Both the position numbers and the translations under genes were made by a program. From the human T2T-CHM13v2.0 reference genome, Homo sapiens, in assembly GCF_009914755.1 (NCBI RefSeq), contig NC_060944.1: DNA of 64,000 nt; one strand, written 5' to 3'. The notes under the pieces are model-generated. The model saw only the letters and a list, made by a program, of their open reading frames with translations. It was not told the origin of the DNA and searched no databases. Shown here in pieces: positions 37,791 to 51,440 of the stretch (its first letter is position 1; every line of letters starts with the position of its first letter).

Positions 37791-38781
37791 GATGCCAAGG
37801 CAAGAAGGCTTTTGGAGCAGGCCATGCCTGGCAGTGATCAGCACAGACCTGGGATGGGTAATGAACAGGTGGGGTGGGAGAGCCCCGCACCTACCATCTA
37901 GTGTGTAAGAGCTGCATTCATACATCTGACTATACCTATAGCATATTGTCTCCCCCGATTACTACTCTAGCCCTTGCCACCTTAATCTAAGGCCAGAAGG
38001 AAAATCCACCTCTGGTAGACCATGGACGCTCCTCACAGCCAGGACTGAAGGTGGACTGTAACAGCTGGCTTGTTCTAGGACATTTTTAACCCCAGCACTG
38101 CTCAATGGGATAAGCCTTGTCACCTTACAACAATGTGTCTTCTCATTTACTGTTTGTCCAGGTGCTACATGTCAGTTACCAGGCACCATGTGAAACAAGA
38201 CAGAGGCACTGCCCTGAGGAAGCTCACAGCACAGTGGGCAGGAGAAGCAAACCAACAATTCCCAGACAGTGTGACCAGTGCTGAGAGGTGGGAAGGAGTG
38301 TGATGGGGAGGCAGAGAGAGCTTCTGGGGGGAGCTCTAGGAAGGGGTAACCACTACTGTGGCTCCAAAACTAGCTCAGAGACATAAACTCAGTGTGGCAG
38401 GTCCCTGCTTCACTGTCCTTTGACAGGAGCCTCTGAGTCCCATGCTAGGCACAAGGGACACTCAATGAACCATACAGCACCAGTGTATGGTAGATGCATG
38501 TAACAATAGCTTCTTAGGAAATGAGGGTTGCCATGTGGAGGTTACTGGGGGAAGGTGCTATATAATCTGCATGCATTTTACAAGTGGATGAGGTGCCCCC
38601 ATCCAGCCCCCCACCACTAGACTGCTGACTGCCCTCAAGTTCCCCAGATAAACCCTGTTTCCTTCACTGGCTCCAGGTCTCTTCTCCGGCCTGTTGAACC
38701 TGGTGCCATCCCTAATGAGGTAAACAGGGGTCTGGCACGACAACCAGGTACCAGGAGGTAACATCACTGGTGAGAATAAAG

Positions 38782-38917
38782 GCATGTACGAAAGCTCCAG
38801 AGTTTGGAAGGGATAGGAGTGGACCCTTCAAACACGGGGAAGCGCTTTCATTGATTCCTCTCCCTGCACTATCAATGACCAGGGCAAAGGCAGCCCACGA
38901 TCACTTTCGAATACAGG
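38782..38917 (-). ncRNA. SNORA71B: H/ACA snoRNA U71b
   Basis: Two-hairpin U71 sequence (TATTCGAAAGTGATCGTGGGCTGCC...), H box AGAGGA at 38856-38861, ACA at 38785-38787, 3 nt from the end. Letter assigned from recalled order. Confidence 0.9.
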
Positions 38918-39074
38918 GACAAAATAGGGCAGTGAGTGAGTTGAGAGGGGAGGCACTGACAGCAGCTTAGGAAGGGCCCAAACTAAGAGACCTGGAAACA
39001 AGTCAGTGACCAGATTTGCAGCCTAGAATTGCAGCAGCTGCTTCTGATTCCCAAAGATTTCTAACATGGTTTGA

Positions 39075-39255
39075 TTTCCCAAACTTTAGCATGAATACGA
39101 ATCACCTGGAGACCATGTTAAGCCAGATTGCTGGCTCCAGATCCAAAACTTCTGATGTAGTAGGTTGGGACAGGGCTAAGAACTTGCACTTCTTACAAGT
39201 TCCCAAGTAATACTGATGGTACCTGGTTCTGGGACCACAGTTTGAGAACCACTAC
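39075..39255. mobile_element. MER5A-type DNA transposon
   Basis: GAATCACCTGGAG...GGGACCACAGTTTGAGAACCACT. Confidence 0.75.
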
Positions 39256-39362
39256 TCAAATGCTTCCCTCATAAGAGAATGAGATGGAAGATCAACTCTG
39301 GGTGAAATGTTGAGAATTCACTGGATTAGGAAGTCAGGGATTGTGTGATACTATCCACACGT

Positions 39363-39666
39363 CGGCCAGGCCTGGACTTACTATCCATAATCCCAGCACT
39401 TTGGGAAGCCAAGGTGGAAGGATTGCTTGAGCCCAGGAATTCAAAACGAGCCCAAGCAACATGGTGAGACTCCGCCTCTACAAAAAATTTCTAAAAATTA
39501 GCTGGGTGCAGCAGCACGTACCTGTGGTCCCAGCTACTCAGGAAGCTGAGGTGGAGGATCACTTGAGCCCAGGTCGAGGCTGCAGTGAGCCATCATTGCA
39601 CCACTGCACTCCAGCCTGGGTGACAGAATGAGACCCTGCCTCAAAAAAAAAAAAAAAAAAAAAAAA
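39363..39666 (+). mobile_element. Alu (J-type)
   Basis: Alu dimer, long poly(A). Confidence 0.85.
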
Positions 39667-40574
39667 TCCATAAATCACTTCATAACAAGGATCGCCACCA
39701 AGTCCAGAGAAAACCACTAGCTAATTGCCTGCCTCCAAAATGCAGTACTCCTCCCACTTCAACAAACTATGCCAATCCACACTAGGATGACTCAGAGCCC
39801 AAGGGGAGCTCTGTAAGCCCCACCGTGATTCACACAGTGGAGTCGCAGAGTTCGAGGAAAAGAGGGTGTCACATGTCCCTGTGGGCCTCAGTGGAAGAGC
39901 AAGCAATGGGAAGCAGCCTCTGCCTCCCCTCTAGTGACCTCAAAGCCTTCGTCCTTGCGGCCTGAACACCAGTGCATTCTCTAGAGAAGCACCCAGGATT
40001 CATACCTTACAAGCACCGCAGCTCAGCCTCTTCTTGAAGACACGTCACCTGGGGCCACTGGGCACACAGGACAGAGGTCAGCTGACAATCCTGCAATGAC
40101 AAGAAGCCACACATATCACTTCTTATAACACATTCCACTATCCAACATGTTCAACAGGAAAAAGCGACCTCTCAATCGGGGTGGGATGGGCTAGACGGCG
40201 GCTGCATCAGTGACTTCCCCTTGGTCCTCCCTCTCTAGCTTTATTCCTGATCTTACAACTCCACCCATTCCTCCAGGGGCAACCTGAGAACCAGTCATCC
40301 TCAGGGGAGCCCCAAAGGCCAGCACAAAAGGCAGAGGAATTAAGAGCTGGAATGGTGGCCAGTGAGTGACACCAATGCACACCTCAGAGGGTCGAGAGAA
40401 CAGGCGAAACTCTTGGGTGGGAAGTGAGGGAAGTGTTTTGCCTCTCAGAACCCGGCTGTGCTCCCCTTGCAGCAATGAGCACTTTCTCTTTCTTACGACA
40501 AACCCTTCAGGACCCCCTATTCCAGGCCAATGACATGTAAAGATGTAAAGATGCTACCCTATCCTGTCCCCAAG

Positions 40575-40576
<2 letters not shown>

Positions 40577-40620
<44 letters not shown>
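40577..40620. repeat. (CA)n microsatellite, ~22 units
   Basis: Direct observation. Confidence 0.95.
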
Positions 40621-40622
<2 letters not shown>

Positions 40623-40892
40623 GGTCAGCCCTGCTCACCCCAACCTCAAAGTCTCCCTCATGTTTATATGCCAATATTGCACTTATTCGAAACTGTGCTA
40701 TCCACTGCGACACACCATGACTCATTACATATCACATTCCCTTCCTGATCTACCCCTCAGAACACAGAGCCTGGTTTCTGCAAAGAGAGGTCAAGCTGAG
40801 AAAGACTTAAGCATGATGCCCCCCCGCACTGACTTTCATGTGGCAGCCAAGCAAGCGCCGGACTCCTCAAGGGCTGGCAGGAGAGCAACAGG

Positions 40893-41030
40893 AGTTGTGT
40901 GAAAGCTTCAGGGTTCGGATGGGATAGGGTGGACCCTCCAAACACGGGGACAACCTCTTTCAGCGTTCCTCTCCCTGCACTATCAATGACCTAGGCACAG
41001 GCAGCCTATGATCACTTTCGGATGCAGGAG
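40893..41030 (-). ncRNA. SNORA71A: H/ACA snoRNA U71a
   Basis: U71 sequence, H box AGAGGA at 40967-40972, ACA at 40896-40898. Confidence 0.9.
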
Positions 41031-41242
41031 CAGAAACAGACAGGAGAGCCAGGAAGGGCAGGAGGATGGTGCCAGGGCCTGTGGGATGACCCAAGTCAGG
41101 GACAGTACAAGACTCCTGCAGCTGCCATCTGTCCTGTAAAATCCCATAAAACCTAACCACCAAGGGGAATCAAAGGGGAAACACCTCTGACAAAAGCCCT
41201 GGAAAAATCTGGGGACTAGAGAGCAGGATCATGGGGTCACGT

Positions 41243-41730
41243 CTGTAAAAATCAATTATGCCCTACCTTTGTTTTCTGTATCAGGAAATTGAGATTCAAA
41301 ACAGGTCAGATGGCCCTTGGCTGGCATCTGGGAACTTGGCTCTCGGGATGTTCCTAGTCAACAGTTTACTGATCAGAACCGTTCACTGGACACAGTCTCT
41401 CCGTGCAAATAATGTGGCACAGGCACCTGTTTTCCTGAAAGTCTGGAATTTTGGTGCGTGCTAGGCAGGTGGTGTCTACATAACCAGATCCCAGTAAACA
41501 CCCCGGGCATGGAGGCCCTACTGGGCTTCCCTGGGCAGAAACACTGCACACAGGCTGAATGCATTTTCACTGCTGAGGGGAGAATGGGTTCCATGTGATT
41601 TCTGAGAGAGGGAGGGAGCATGAGGAAGCTGGCACAGGGATTCCTCCAGACTCAACCTGCATCTTTTTTCCTGAATCATTTGGCTGTGTACCCCTACAAT
41701 GTTGCTAGGTTAAATCTTAACCATTGATTA
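41243..41730. mobile_element. LTR fragment (MER21-like)
   Basis: TGGCTGGCATCTGGGAACTTGG...CTGGGCTTCCCTGG motifs. Confidence 0.55.
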
Positions 41731-42422
41731 CAACTGGAAAGAAATCCAGCCACTTTCCATTATGACATGCTGCTAATGCACTGCAGGAAAAGCCCCCAGC
41801 GCTCGCCCCAGGCAGCTCCCTGCAGGGGCCTCCTCCTCCACAGCCCCTGAAGGCACAGAAGGAGGGGCCAGCTCCAATCCAGCTTTCCCAGGGAAGAGGA
41901 GTCTGGATCTGGGAATCCATAGGACATGGCTCCTCTTCTCATCCTCACCTCTCCCTACGTCACCACCAAAGCACCAGAAAAAAAGGGGACGTGACTTTAC
42001 AGGGTGCAAAAAGCCAAAATTCCAGAGATGGACAAGAAACCTTACCTCGGGCCCTGCGGTCTGCCACTCTCCTGCAACACCTCTCACTAAGCATCTCTAC
42101 AGTGTTGCATAGATGCTGACTAAACCGTTCTTCTCACCTGAACAGCCATGACTTCTTTTAGGAATGAAATAGCAGCTTATCTCTAAGAAAGGGGCTAGAG
42201 AACTTCTAAGGCAGGGATGATATCCGCTTCATCTGTCAGGCCAACTGTTACTAAGTTCAAGAGGATGCTGGGGCCATGATGATCTTGGGATGTGCTGTTT
42301 CTCCAGCAGCGTCCAGCAAGCAGCTGGGGAGGTCGTGGGGAAGCCGTGCAGAGGCTGCTGCCGTAAATCCCTCAGTGATCTTCTCCCCTGCCTGTCTCTG
42401 GTCCTTGATTCCTTTCCCACAA

Positions 42423-42497
42423 GCTGGAGGGAAAATCCTCCCCATACAAGGGAAATCCTCCCCATACAAGGCTGGAGGGAAATCCTCCCCATACAAG
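42423..42497. repeat. 3-copy minisatellite (GGAAATCCTCCCCATACAAG core)
   Basis: Direct observation. Confidence 0.9.
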
Positions 42498-42661
42498 GCC
42501 AAGGCCAACAGAAATGAGTTACCTCAGAATCCTGTGAAGGGGTGGAAAACACCAAATCTGCTCCCACCAATCCCACACAGGTGCTGACTCAGTATTTTTC
42601 TCCAACACCCCAAAATGTAATGAACCCGATCTCCTTACAGTGGAGGGACTCTCCCTTTCTC

Positions 42662-42860
42662 GTTTTTCTTTCTTGAGACAGGGTCTCACTCTGTTGCCCA
42701 GGCTGAGTGCAGTGGCATGGTCATGGCTCACTGCAGCCTTGTCCTCCCGGGCTCAAGAGAGCCTCCTGCCTCAGCCTCCTGAGAAGCTAGGACTACAGGG
42801 GCATGCACCGCCATGCCTGGCTAATTTTTTAGTTCTTATAGAGGCGGGGTTGCCCAGGCT
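42662..42860 (-). mobile_element. partial Alu
   Basis: Reverse Alu right arm. Confidence 0.8.
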
Positions 42861-43253
42861 GCCGTTTTTCCTTTGTCCCACACTGTCAGAATACTGACCA
42901 TCTGGCAGACATAACAAAGTAGGGAACAAAATTCAGACACTGCCCTTGAGACCACAGCAAAGAGAGCCAGGAAACAAGTCAGGCAACAATTTCCACAGGT
43001 TCAGCTTGGTGCAGGGGCTGGATAAGGACGTGGAAGGAGAGGTGTGGAGGCAGAGAAAGCTTCCGGGAGGAAGGAGCAGGGCAGCCCTATCTCAGCTCCA
43101 CACCCAGCCCTTCTGCTCCATGAGGCCAAACCCATCACCCCACACCCTTCCCTCATGTCTCACAATAACTGCCCTGGGCCAGGGAGAAGAGCAACACAAC
43201 CCACTAGATGATGCCAGGCACCAGGAGCCATCTAAGACGTGGTGGGAGGGAGG

Positions 43254-43391
43254 AGGTGTGGGAAAGCTCCAGGGTTTGGAAGAGACAGGAGTGGACCCTC
43301 CAAACACGGGGAAGTGCTCTCGGCAGTTCCTCTCCCTGCACTACCAATGACCAGGGCACGGGCAGCTCATGATCACTTTCGAATGCAGGGG
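43254..43391 (-). ncRNA. SNORA71C: H/ACA snoRNA U71c
   Basis: U71 sequence, H box AGAGGA at 43328-43333, ACA at 43257-43259. Confidence 0.9.
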
Positions 43392-43539
43392 CAGAAAGGG
43401 CAGAGGGCAAGCCCAGAAAGGAGGCCAATGCTGGCATTCCGGGCAATGGTCTCACCTGGAACAGAACAGCTGACAGGGCAATGAGCAGACTTACAGCCTA
43501 AGATTACAGATGCTGCTTCTGACTCCCAGAGATCACTTA

Positions 43540-44252
<713 letters not shown>

Positions 44253-44879
44253 TCAATATTGGCTATCTGTTCCACTGAGGCTTACATAAGACTGCTCAGC
44301 CGGGCACTGGGTATGAATCCAGGCTTGAATCTGAAACGCAGCCCCTCTGTCCATTCCAACACATGGTTTTCCTCTCAACATGACAGGGTCTTTGTCAGGG
44401 ACTCTCAGAGCCCCAATCAAGCTCAGGGAGCACCTTCTTGGCAGCAGCCCCACGAAGGCAGAAGAGGGCCCAGGCCTGTCCCTGCCTGCTGAAGGAGCAA
44501 AGACAGGAGCAAAGGGAAGCAGCCTTCACCGGTGTCCTCACTCCCCACTCCTCAGCACCCAACCACCTCTGGCCTCACAACCTGCAGAGAACTTGAGCTC
44601 TAGAGGACTGAGCAGGACCCCACTTACCTGGGACCTCAGGATCCATGCTCTCCCAGAGGACGCCTCTCACACACATGGGGCGGCAGTCATGTGACACTCC
44701 TGCAGGGCACAAGAAGCCAAGATGTGACTGATGCACTTGGCACTGCTTATGGCAAGTCCAGGAAACCACGATATTCACCCACAGAAAACACACCAGGGGA
44801 ATCAGTGTCTCAGGAGGTGAATGTACTGACAGCTTGTCTAGCCCATCCTGGTCACTGACACAGTCCCCTGAGGTCATCC

Positions 44880-44989
44880 CGTCTGAAATGGACAATGGTG
44901 CCTCTACACAAGAGGAAAACCTTGTAACTTTTCCTTTATTACCAATAACCAAGACACAAGCAGCCTGTAATCACTTTGCACACAGGGGC
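44880..44989 (-). pseudogene. highly decayed SNORA71-family copy
   Basis: Minus strand reads CAAAGTGATTACAGGCTGCTTGTGTCTTGGTTATTGGTA, matching the U71 5' hairpin. 3' half eroded, no ACA. Flank 45050-45160 resembles the SNORA71A flank. Confidence 0.65.
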
Positions 44990-46307
44990 AGAAAGAGATC
45001 CAGGGCTTGTTGAAATTGGAGACCAACGTCAGAAGCCTGAAAAATGGCCTGAGCCAGGACAGTGGCACAGCAGAGCACAGGATGAAGCAGCTTCCATCTT
45101 GTCCCACATAAACGGAACCTGCCCCAACCAGGAGAAGTAAAGGAAAGACCCTCCAGATGAGAAAGCTGGCAGACTTCTTCGGACGTGGAAGATAGGGACG
45201 GTGTGATCCTAAGAAAAATCACCTCAGCGTACTCCTGTTTTCCAGACGAGAAAACTGAAGATCACAAAAAGAACCAAAGCTAGGGAGTAGTGGTAAAGCG
45301 TTTGGGACCAAGGTACAGGTAGGTTTGATGCCAAAGCCCTCCAGCTTTTGAGTCAGATATTCCAAGACACAACAATGATAAGGGATCCCTAAAGATGCTA
45401 AACCCAAGCAGGCACAAGAGGAACCCAATGTATTCATGATGGCCCCAAAGAGGGTAAAACTGGGGCCAGCACAAAGACACTCTTACCTCACCTCTCTCTA
45501 CTTCCCAGACATCACGCCCAGGGAACCTGCATGCACCCACCCTTGTGGGACACAAAGCCCCAGATCTCCAGAGGACAGACCTCATAGAACACCATGGTCC
45601 ACCTGCTTCCTGGCAGGGTGGAGATACCTCTCATGGGCCTCTCTGCACCAATCAGCCTCCTCTGCCAGAATCAAGAAGCCCTGGATGAGCTATCTAGACA
45701 TCACCTGGTCAAACCCGTTCTGGAAAGGACAAGGAGAGTACTGGCACAGAAGCCACCAGGTGGTAAACATTTCCTAAAAGTTGGCTAGTGTTAACAGTGG
45801 TCTACGGTCTCAGCAACACGAAGAGTTCATCTAGAGAAGAACCAGTCATCAGGGACAGCTTAAGTCTCATCTTATGCACATATTGTTGAATTTGTGATCC
45901 TGAAGCAGTACACTGAAGGGGACTCTGAACCTAGGACAGGTTCTGGTGTGGCACACCAGCGTGGCGCAGTCTAGCATACACAGTAAGGGCTATGATGGGC
46001 AGGATGGCCCATCTGTCATCTGCGGGTCAGGGCTGATTACACATCTCACTCTTCTATCAGCCATGCCTAGCTATACCTCTGGCTTTGGTCGCTGACATCA
46101 CAATGACAATCCTGTGGGGAAATTAATCCTGGTGGCCCACGGACAAGACCGTCAAAGAGAACACCATGGGATGACCACTGGGCCAGTGGGAAATAGCTCT
46201 GACCACCCCCACACAGGCTGCCTTGCTCAAAACTACTTCCCTGACATGCATCAATGTGCTAAGCCCTGTCACCTTACAACTGAAGTCTTTTTTGTTGTTG
46301 TTGTTTA

Positions 46308-47190
46308 AAGACAAGGTCTGGCTCTGCAGCCCAGGCTGGAATGCAGTAGCACAATCTCGGCTCACTGCAACCTCCACCTCCTGGCGCATGCCACCACACC
46401 TGGCTAGTGTGTGTGTGTTGTAGACAGGTTTTTGCCATATTGCCCAGGTTGGTCTTAAACTCCTGGGCTCAAGCGATCCACCCACCTCAGTCTCCCAAAG
46501 TGCTAGGATTACAGGTGTGAGCCACCACGACCAGCCACAGTTGTCTTTTTCCAGCTCCTGTTTTTTGTTTTTTGTTAGGGACATAGTCTCACTCTGTCGC
46601 CTAGGCTGGAGTGCAGGGGCATGATCTTGGCTCACTGCAACCTCCACCTCCCAGGTTCAAGCGATTCTGGTGTGCCTCAGCCTCCTGAGTAGCTGGAATT
46701 ATAGGCGTGTGCCACCACACCTAGGTAATTTTTGTATTTTTTAGTAGAGATGGGGTTTCACCATGTTGGCCAGGATGGTCTTGAACTCCTGGCCTCAAGT
46801 GATCCACACTCCTTGGCCTCTCAGAGTGCTGGGATTACAGGTGTGAGCCATTGCACCCGGCCCATCTCCTGTTTTTCATTTGTTCCATAACTGCTGAAAA
46901 TCAACCATCTACCAAGCACCAGGTAAGTCAAGAGACAGGACTCAGATACTGAGACAGGCGAAGTGGCTCACACCTGTAATTCCAGCACTTTGGAAGACTG
47001 AGGGAAAATCACTTGAAGCCAGGAGTTCAGGACCAGCCTGGGCAACATAGCGAGACCCTGTCTGTCCCAGCTATTTGGGAGGCTGAGGTGCGAGGATCAC
47101 TTGAGTACAGGAGTTCAAGCTATGATCACGCCACTGCACACTGCACCTCAGCCTGGACAACAGAGTGAGATCCTGTCTCTAAAAAAATAC
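46308..47190. mobile_element. Alu cluster (46308-46533 -, 46560-46862 -, 46952-47190 +)
   Basis: Alu consensus matches. Confidence 0.85.
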
Positions 47191-47448
47191 AATAAAATAT
47201 TAAACAAAACTCAAGACACTGTCCTCAAGGTCACAATAGAGAGAGGCAAAGACAATCAAGCCAGTAATTGCCACAGGGTGTGACTAGTGGGGGCTGCAGC
47301 TGTGGTTTCACCACCAATCCTGAGGCAGGGACTCACCCCTCATAGACCCTGGTGAACGCCTCATGGAACCCTGCACTGAGCCTTGCACAGGGAGCACTCA
47401 CTAATAAGACACCAAGTGCCAGGAGGCATTTGAAAGATGGTGAGAAGG

Positions 47449-47586
47449 AGGTGTGAGAAAGCTCCAGAGTTTGAAAGGGACAGGAGCGGACCCTCCAAAC
47501 ACGGGGAAGCACTTTCCGCGATTTCTCTCCCTGCACTATCAATGACCAGGGCACAGGCAGCCCACGATCACTTTCGAATACAGGTG
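47449..47586 (-). ncRNA. SNORA71D: H/ACA snoRNA U71d
   Basis: U71 sequence starting CACCTGTATTCGAAAG, H box AGAGAA at 47523-47528, ACA at 47452-47454. Confidence 0.9.
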
Positions 47587-48090
47587 CAAAAAAGGGCAGG
47601 TGAGCCCACGTCAGCGTGTTAGCTGCCAGATCTCCAGAGGGAGGCTCACCCCCCAGGGAAGAGAAGGGTACCCAGGACCCTGAGAGCCATCATCACTTCA
47701 CAGGCAGATTCCATCTGTCCCCACCCAGAGTCCACAGGAAAACAGACTTCTGGTAAAAATGCCTCGGCTGTACATTCAGCCCACCAGTTCTGAGTATCTA
47801 CACGTGGACAGGCACCGTGGGTTCAAAATCAAGAAAAACAGCCAAGGCCTCTGCCCTCAGAGAGCCTTTGCAGTTTCCCTACTTTACAGAAAGTCAACCT
47901 CAGGGGAATGAAGGAACTTAGCTAGCATGTGACCCCAAGCGCAGCCCGTCTCCTAAGTCACGCTTTGCTCTGCACCCGCTTTGCCAGACAGTTCTCAGAA
48001 CTCAGAACTGGCTGAGCTCATTGACTGTCCCCTCTACTGCGTCCCACAGAAGGGTCCTTCCCCAAGGTGCGCAGAAGCAGCGGCACTTAC

Positions 48091-48213
48091 CCAGGGGCAT
48101 TCTCACCCCGCGGACAGTGGAAGCCCCTCAGGGGGTGCAGATCAGAGTGCTGCAGGAGAGAGAGGGCGCTGGCTGGTGCGAAGCCGTCCGAGGTGCAGCA
48201 CAGCCCACAAGGC
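48091..48213 (-). other. SNHG17: SNHG17 internal exon
   Basis: Minus-strand TTTTTCCTTGCCTAG acceptor with TACTAAA branch-like motif upstream, GG|GTAAGT donor; paralogous to SNHG11 exon 61063-61220. Confidence 0.75.
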
Positions 48214-48429
48214 CTAGGCAAGGAAAAAGCACGGGGAGGGGGCTTTAGTACAAGGCCCGGGGACAGAAGTCCAGACTCTGCCCCACTGGAGTGCTGGCAG
48301 CGTCTTCCATTTAAACCACAGCTAACTGGTCTGTAAAATGAAGGTTCTAACACCTACTTTTAAAAGTTATTGAGGGGAAAACGAGTTAACGGTCTCAAGG
48401 ACGTGGCACAATGACTGGCACTTTGTAGG

Positions 48430-49090
48430 CAACAGTCAAGTGGCTTTGGAGGCTTCCAATGCCAGGAGTCGGGGGCGGGCAGCTAAAGTCGCCGAGCCCT
48501 GTTTCCCGCCATCCAGGGGCACTAAGCCTCCCCGCAGAGTAGCTGCGCGGACAGGGGGTCTGACGACCGCACGTGGCCCGCTCAGCACTGCCGCGGCCAA
48601 GGGCGCGACTCACCTGCCAGTGTCTTTCCCGAGGACACGCGAATCCTGGGGGGCTCACTCCGGCAAAGAGGACGAGACACTGCACCAAGGACAGGGCCTG
48701 ACCTCTCTGGCCGCCTTCCCCGGGGCCTCAGTTTCCCCCGATGGTGAGAGTGGAGCCGACCATGCGCCCTGCTGTGGACTCACCCGGCGCCCTGGCGTCG
48801 AGTGGCGGCGGAGACCTGACAGACAGCGTGGGAAAAATCAAGATGTCTGCAGATTTCGAGAGATGGGGTGCGGTGGCGTGCGATGGCGAAGGACGGCGAG
48901 GGACGGCGAAGGACTGAGGCCACACGACAAGGAAGCTACGCTCGTTTCGCGCCGGCGGAAATACAGACGAGAGCGCGAGCTGCGGCCTAGAGCGGTAGGA
49001 ACCGACGCGAGCAGTCCTGCAGCGTCCCCTGGCGGAGCGGAGGCTCAACGCCAGACTCTGGAGGACTTGGGATAATTTTCGAAAACTATC
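48430..49090 (-). promoter_or_regulatory. CpG island / SNHG17 promoter and first exon
   Basis: Dense CpG; E2F-like TTTCGCGC at 48945-48952 next to GGCGGAAA; TOP-like CTTCCTT at 48929-48935 (minus); CAG|GTGAGT donor at ~48613. Confidence 0.85.
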
Positions 49091-49990
49091 TGGAAGTTTA
49101 GAAGTAAACTTCTCCCACTTGCTTTGCTTTTCTGTTTGTTCTGAAGATGTTCCTTGGTCACTGATTCATTATTAATCTGTAGGAATGGCCAATTTTCCAT
49201 GATAGGAGCTGTTACTACGATGAGGGGACTGTGCTTAGTTTGGACTTCTTTCTGCAAGGGTCCAAAGGCATCTGTCTTTGATTCACCACTGTACTCAGTA
49301 CCTAGTTCAGTGACTAGCACAGTTGAATGAATGAATTCTACCCCCGCCCCATTCCTTTTTTTCTGAACAATGTCAGACCGAGATGACTGAGTCATGGCCT
49401 GAGACTGGAATGTGAGCGTGAGAAGATGAGCCAAGAGAGATGCACAGCGGGTAACTGCTTTGCTAAACTCCAGCCTCAAAGTACACGGGATGGAGGGTGG
49501 AAAGAGTCTCTGAAGCAGAAGAGACCTGACCAGACTGGCATCTGAGGAACCTGATCAGATTTGCACAGTGACAGAGACTGTAGACAGATGTCCCATGTTC
49601 CCTGCAACATACTGGAGACAATCTTGGGAGGGGACTCATGGCCCACAAATCCTCATAAGCATTGGCACTGCCTGCACCCTGGGCAGGATGTGCCTCTTCG
49701 GCCTGAGACAGCCCTGCTACTGACTCTGCCCATGTTCTGGAGTGCAAGCAGCCCACCCTTGGGCCTGATGAGGAGCCCACGCCCCACCCTCCGCCCCGCT
49801 CCAGTCAGATTCTTGGTACTCAATAGGTCAGAAGGACAAGAAAATCCAGTCCTGATCTATGCAACCATGAGGGAAATGGGGGTCCCTGAGGTGAGATCTG
49901 CTCCATATTTTGTACCTGGGAGAGGCCCATGGGATTCCCAGACTGTGAGAACACTGGGAGTCTCTGTGATGGGGAGGGGCTGTGGGATGC

Positions 49991-50354
49991 TGCTATGGTT
50001 TGGCTGTGACCCCACCTAAATCTCATCTGGAACTGTACTTCCCATAATTCCCACCTGTCGTGGGAGGTAATGGAATCATGGGGGTGGTTACCCCCATGCT
50101 GCGGTTCTTCTGATAGTGAGTGAGTTCTCATGAGACCTGATGGTTTTATAAGGGGCTTTACCCACTTTTGCTCTATACTTCTCCTTGCTGCCACCATGTG
50201 AAGAAAGACATGTTTGCTTCCACTTCCGCCATGATTGTAAGTTTCCTGAGGCCTCCACAGCCATGCTGAACTGTGAGTCAATTAAACCTCTTTCCTTCAT
50301 GAATTACCCAGTCTCAGGCAGTTCTTTATAACAGTGTGAGGATGGACTAATACA
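49991..50354. mobile_element. THE1/MST solo LTR
   Basis: TG...CA termini with 5-bp TSD GATGC. Confidence 0.88.
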
Positions 50355-50737
50355 GATGCTGTGGCTGAGAGGACACTGGGCAGGGTGGTCAGGTGTGCCC
50401 ACTTGTGGCCACACAGCCCTGGTGTCCTCTTCTGCCTCCCACTCTTGCTGTTACTCTCCATGTGACTTTGGCTAAGTGACCTAACTTCTCCGCCCCGCCT
50501 CAGTTTCCAGTTATGGAAAATAGGCAGTCATAGTTCCCTGCTCATAGCGTTGCTGTGAGAATTAAATGGAATGATTTATATCAAGACCGTAGCACAGAAC
50601 AAATATCCAAGGCCTAGTAGTTGCTATATTATAGTATTTCTGAGAAAGCTGAGGGCTTCTGTCACCGTAAGGACTCTGGGATTCTTTATGAAGCAGAGGA
50701 AATGTGCTGTGTTTGAAAAGTCTAAGATGGCATTGTC

Positions 50738-51440
<703 letters not shown>

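Noticed and set aside
48440-49075. 211-aa plus-strand ORF
   Set aside because: Non-ATG start, antisense to SNHG17 in a CpG island where stops are scarce, no recognisable domain.
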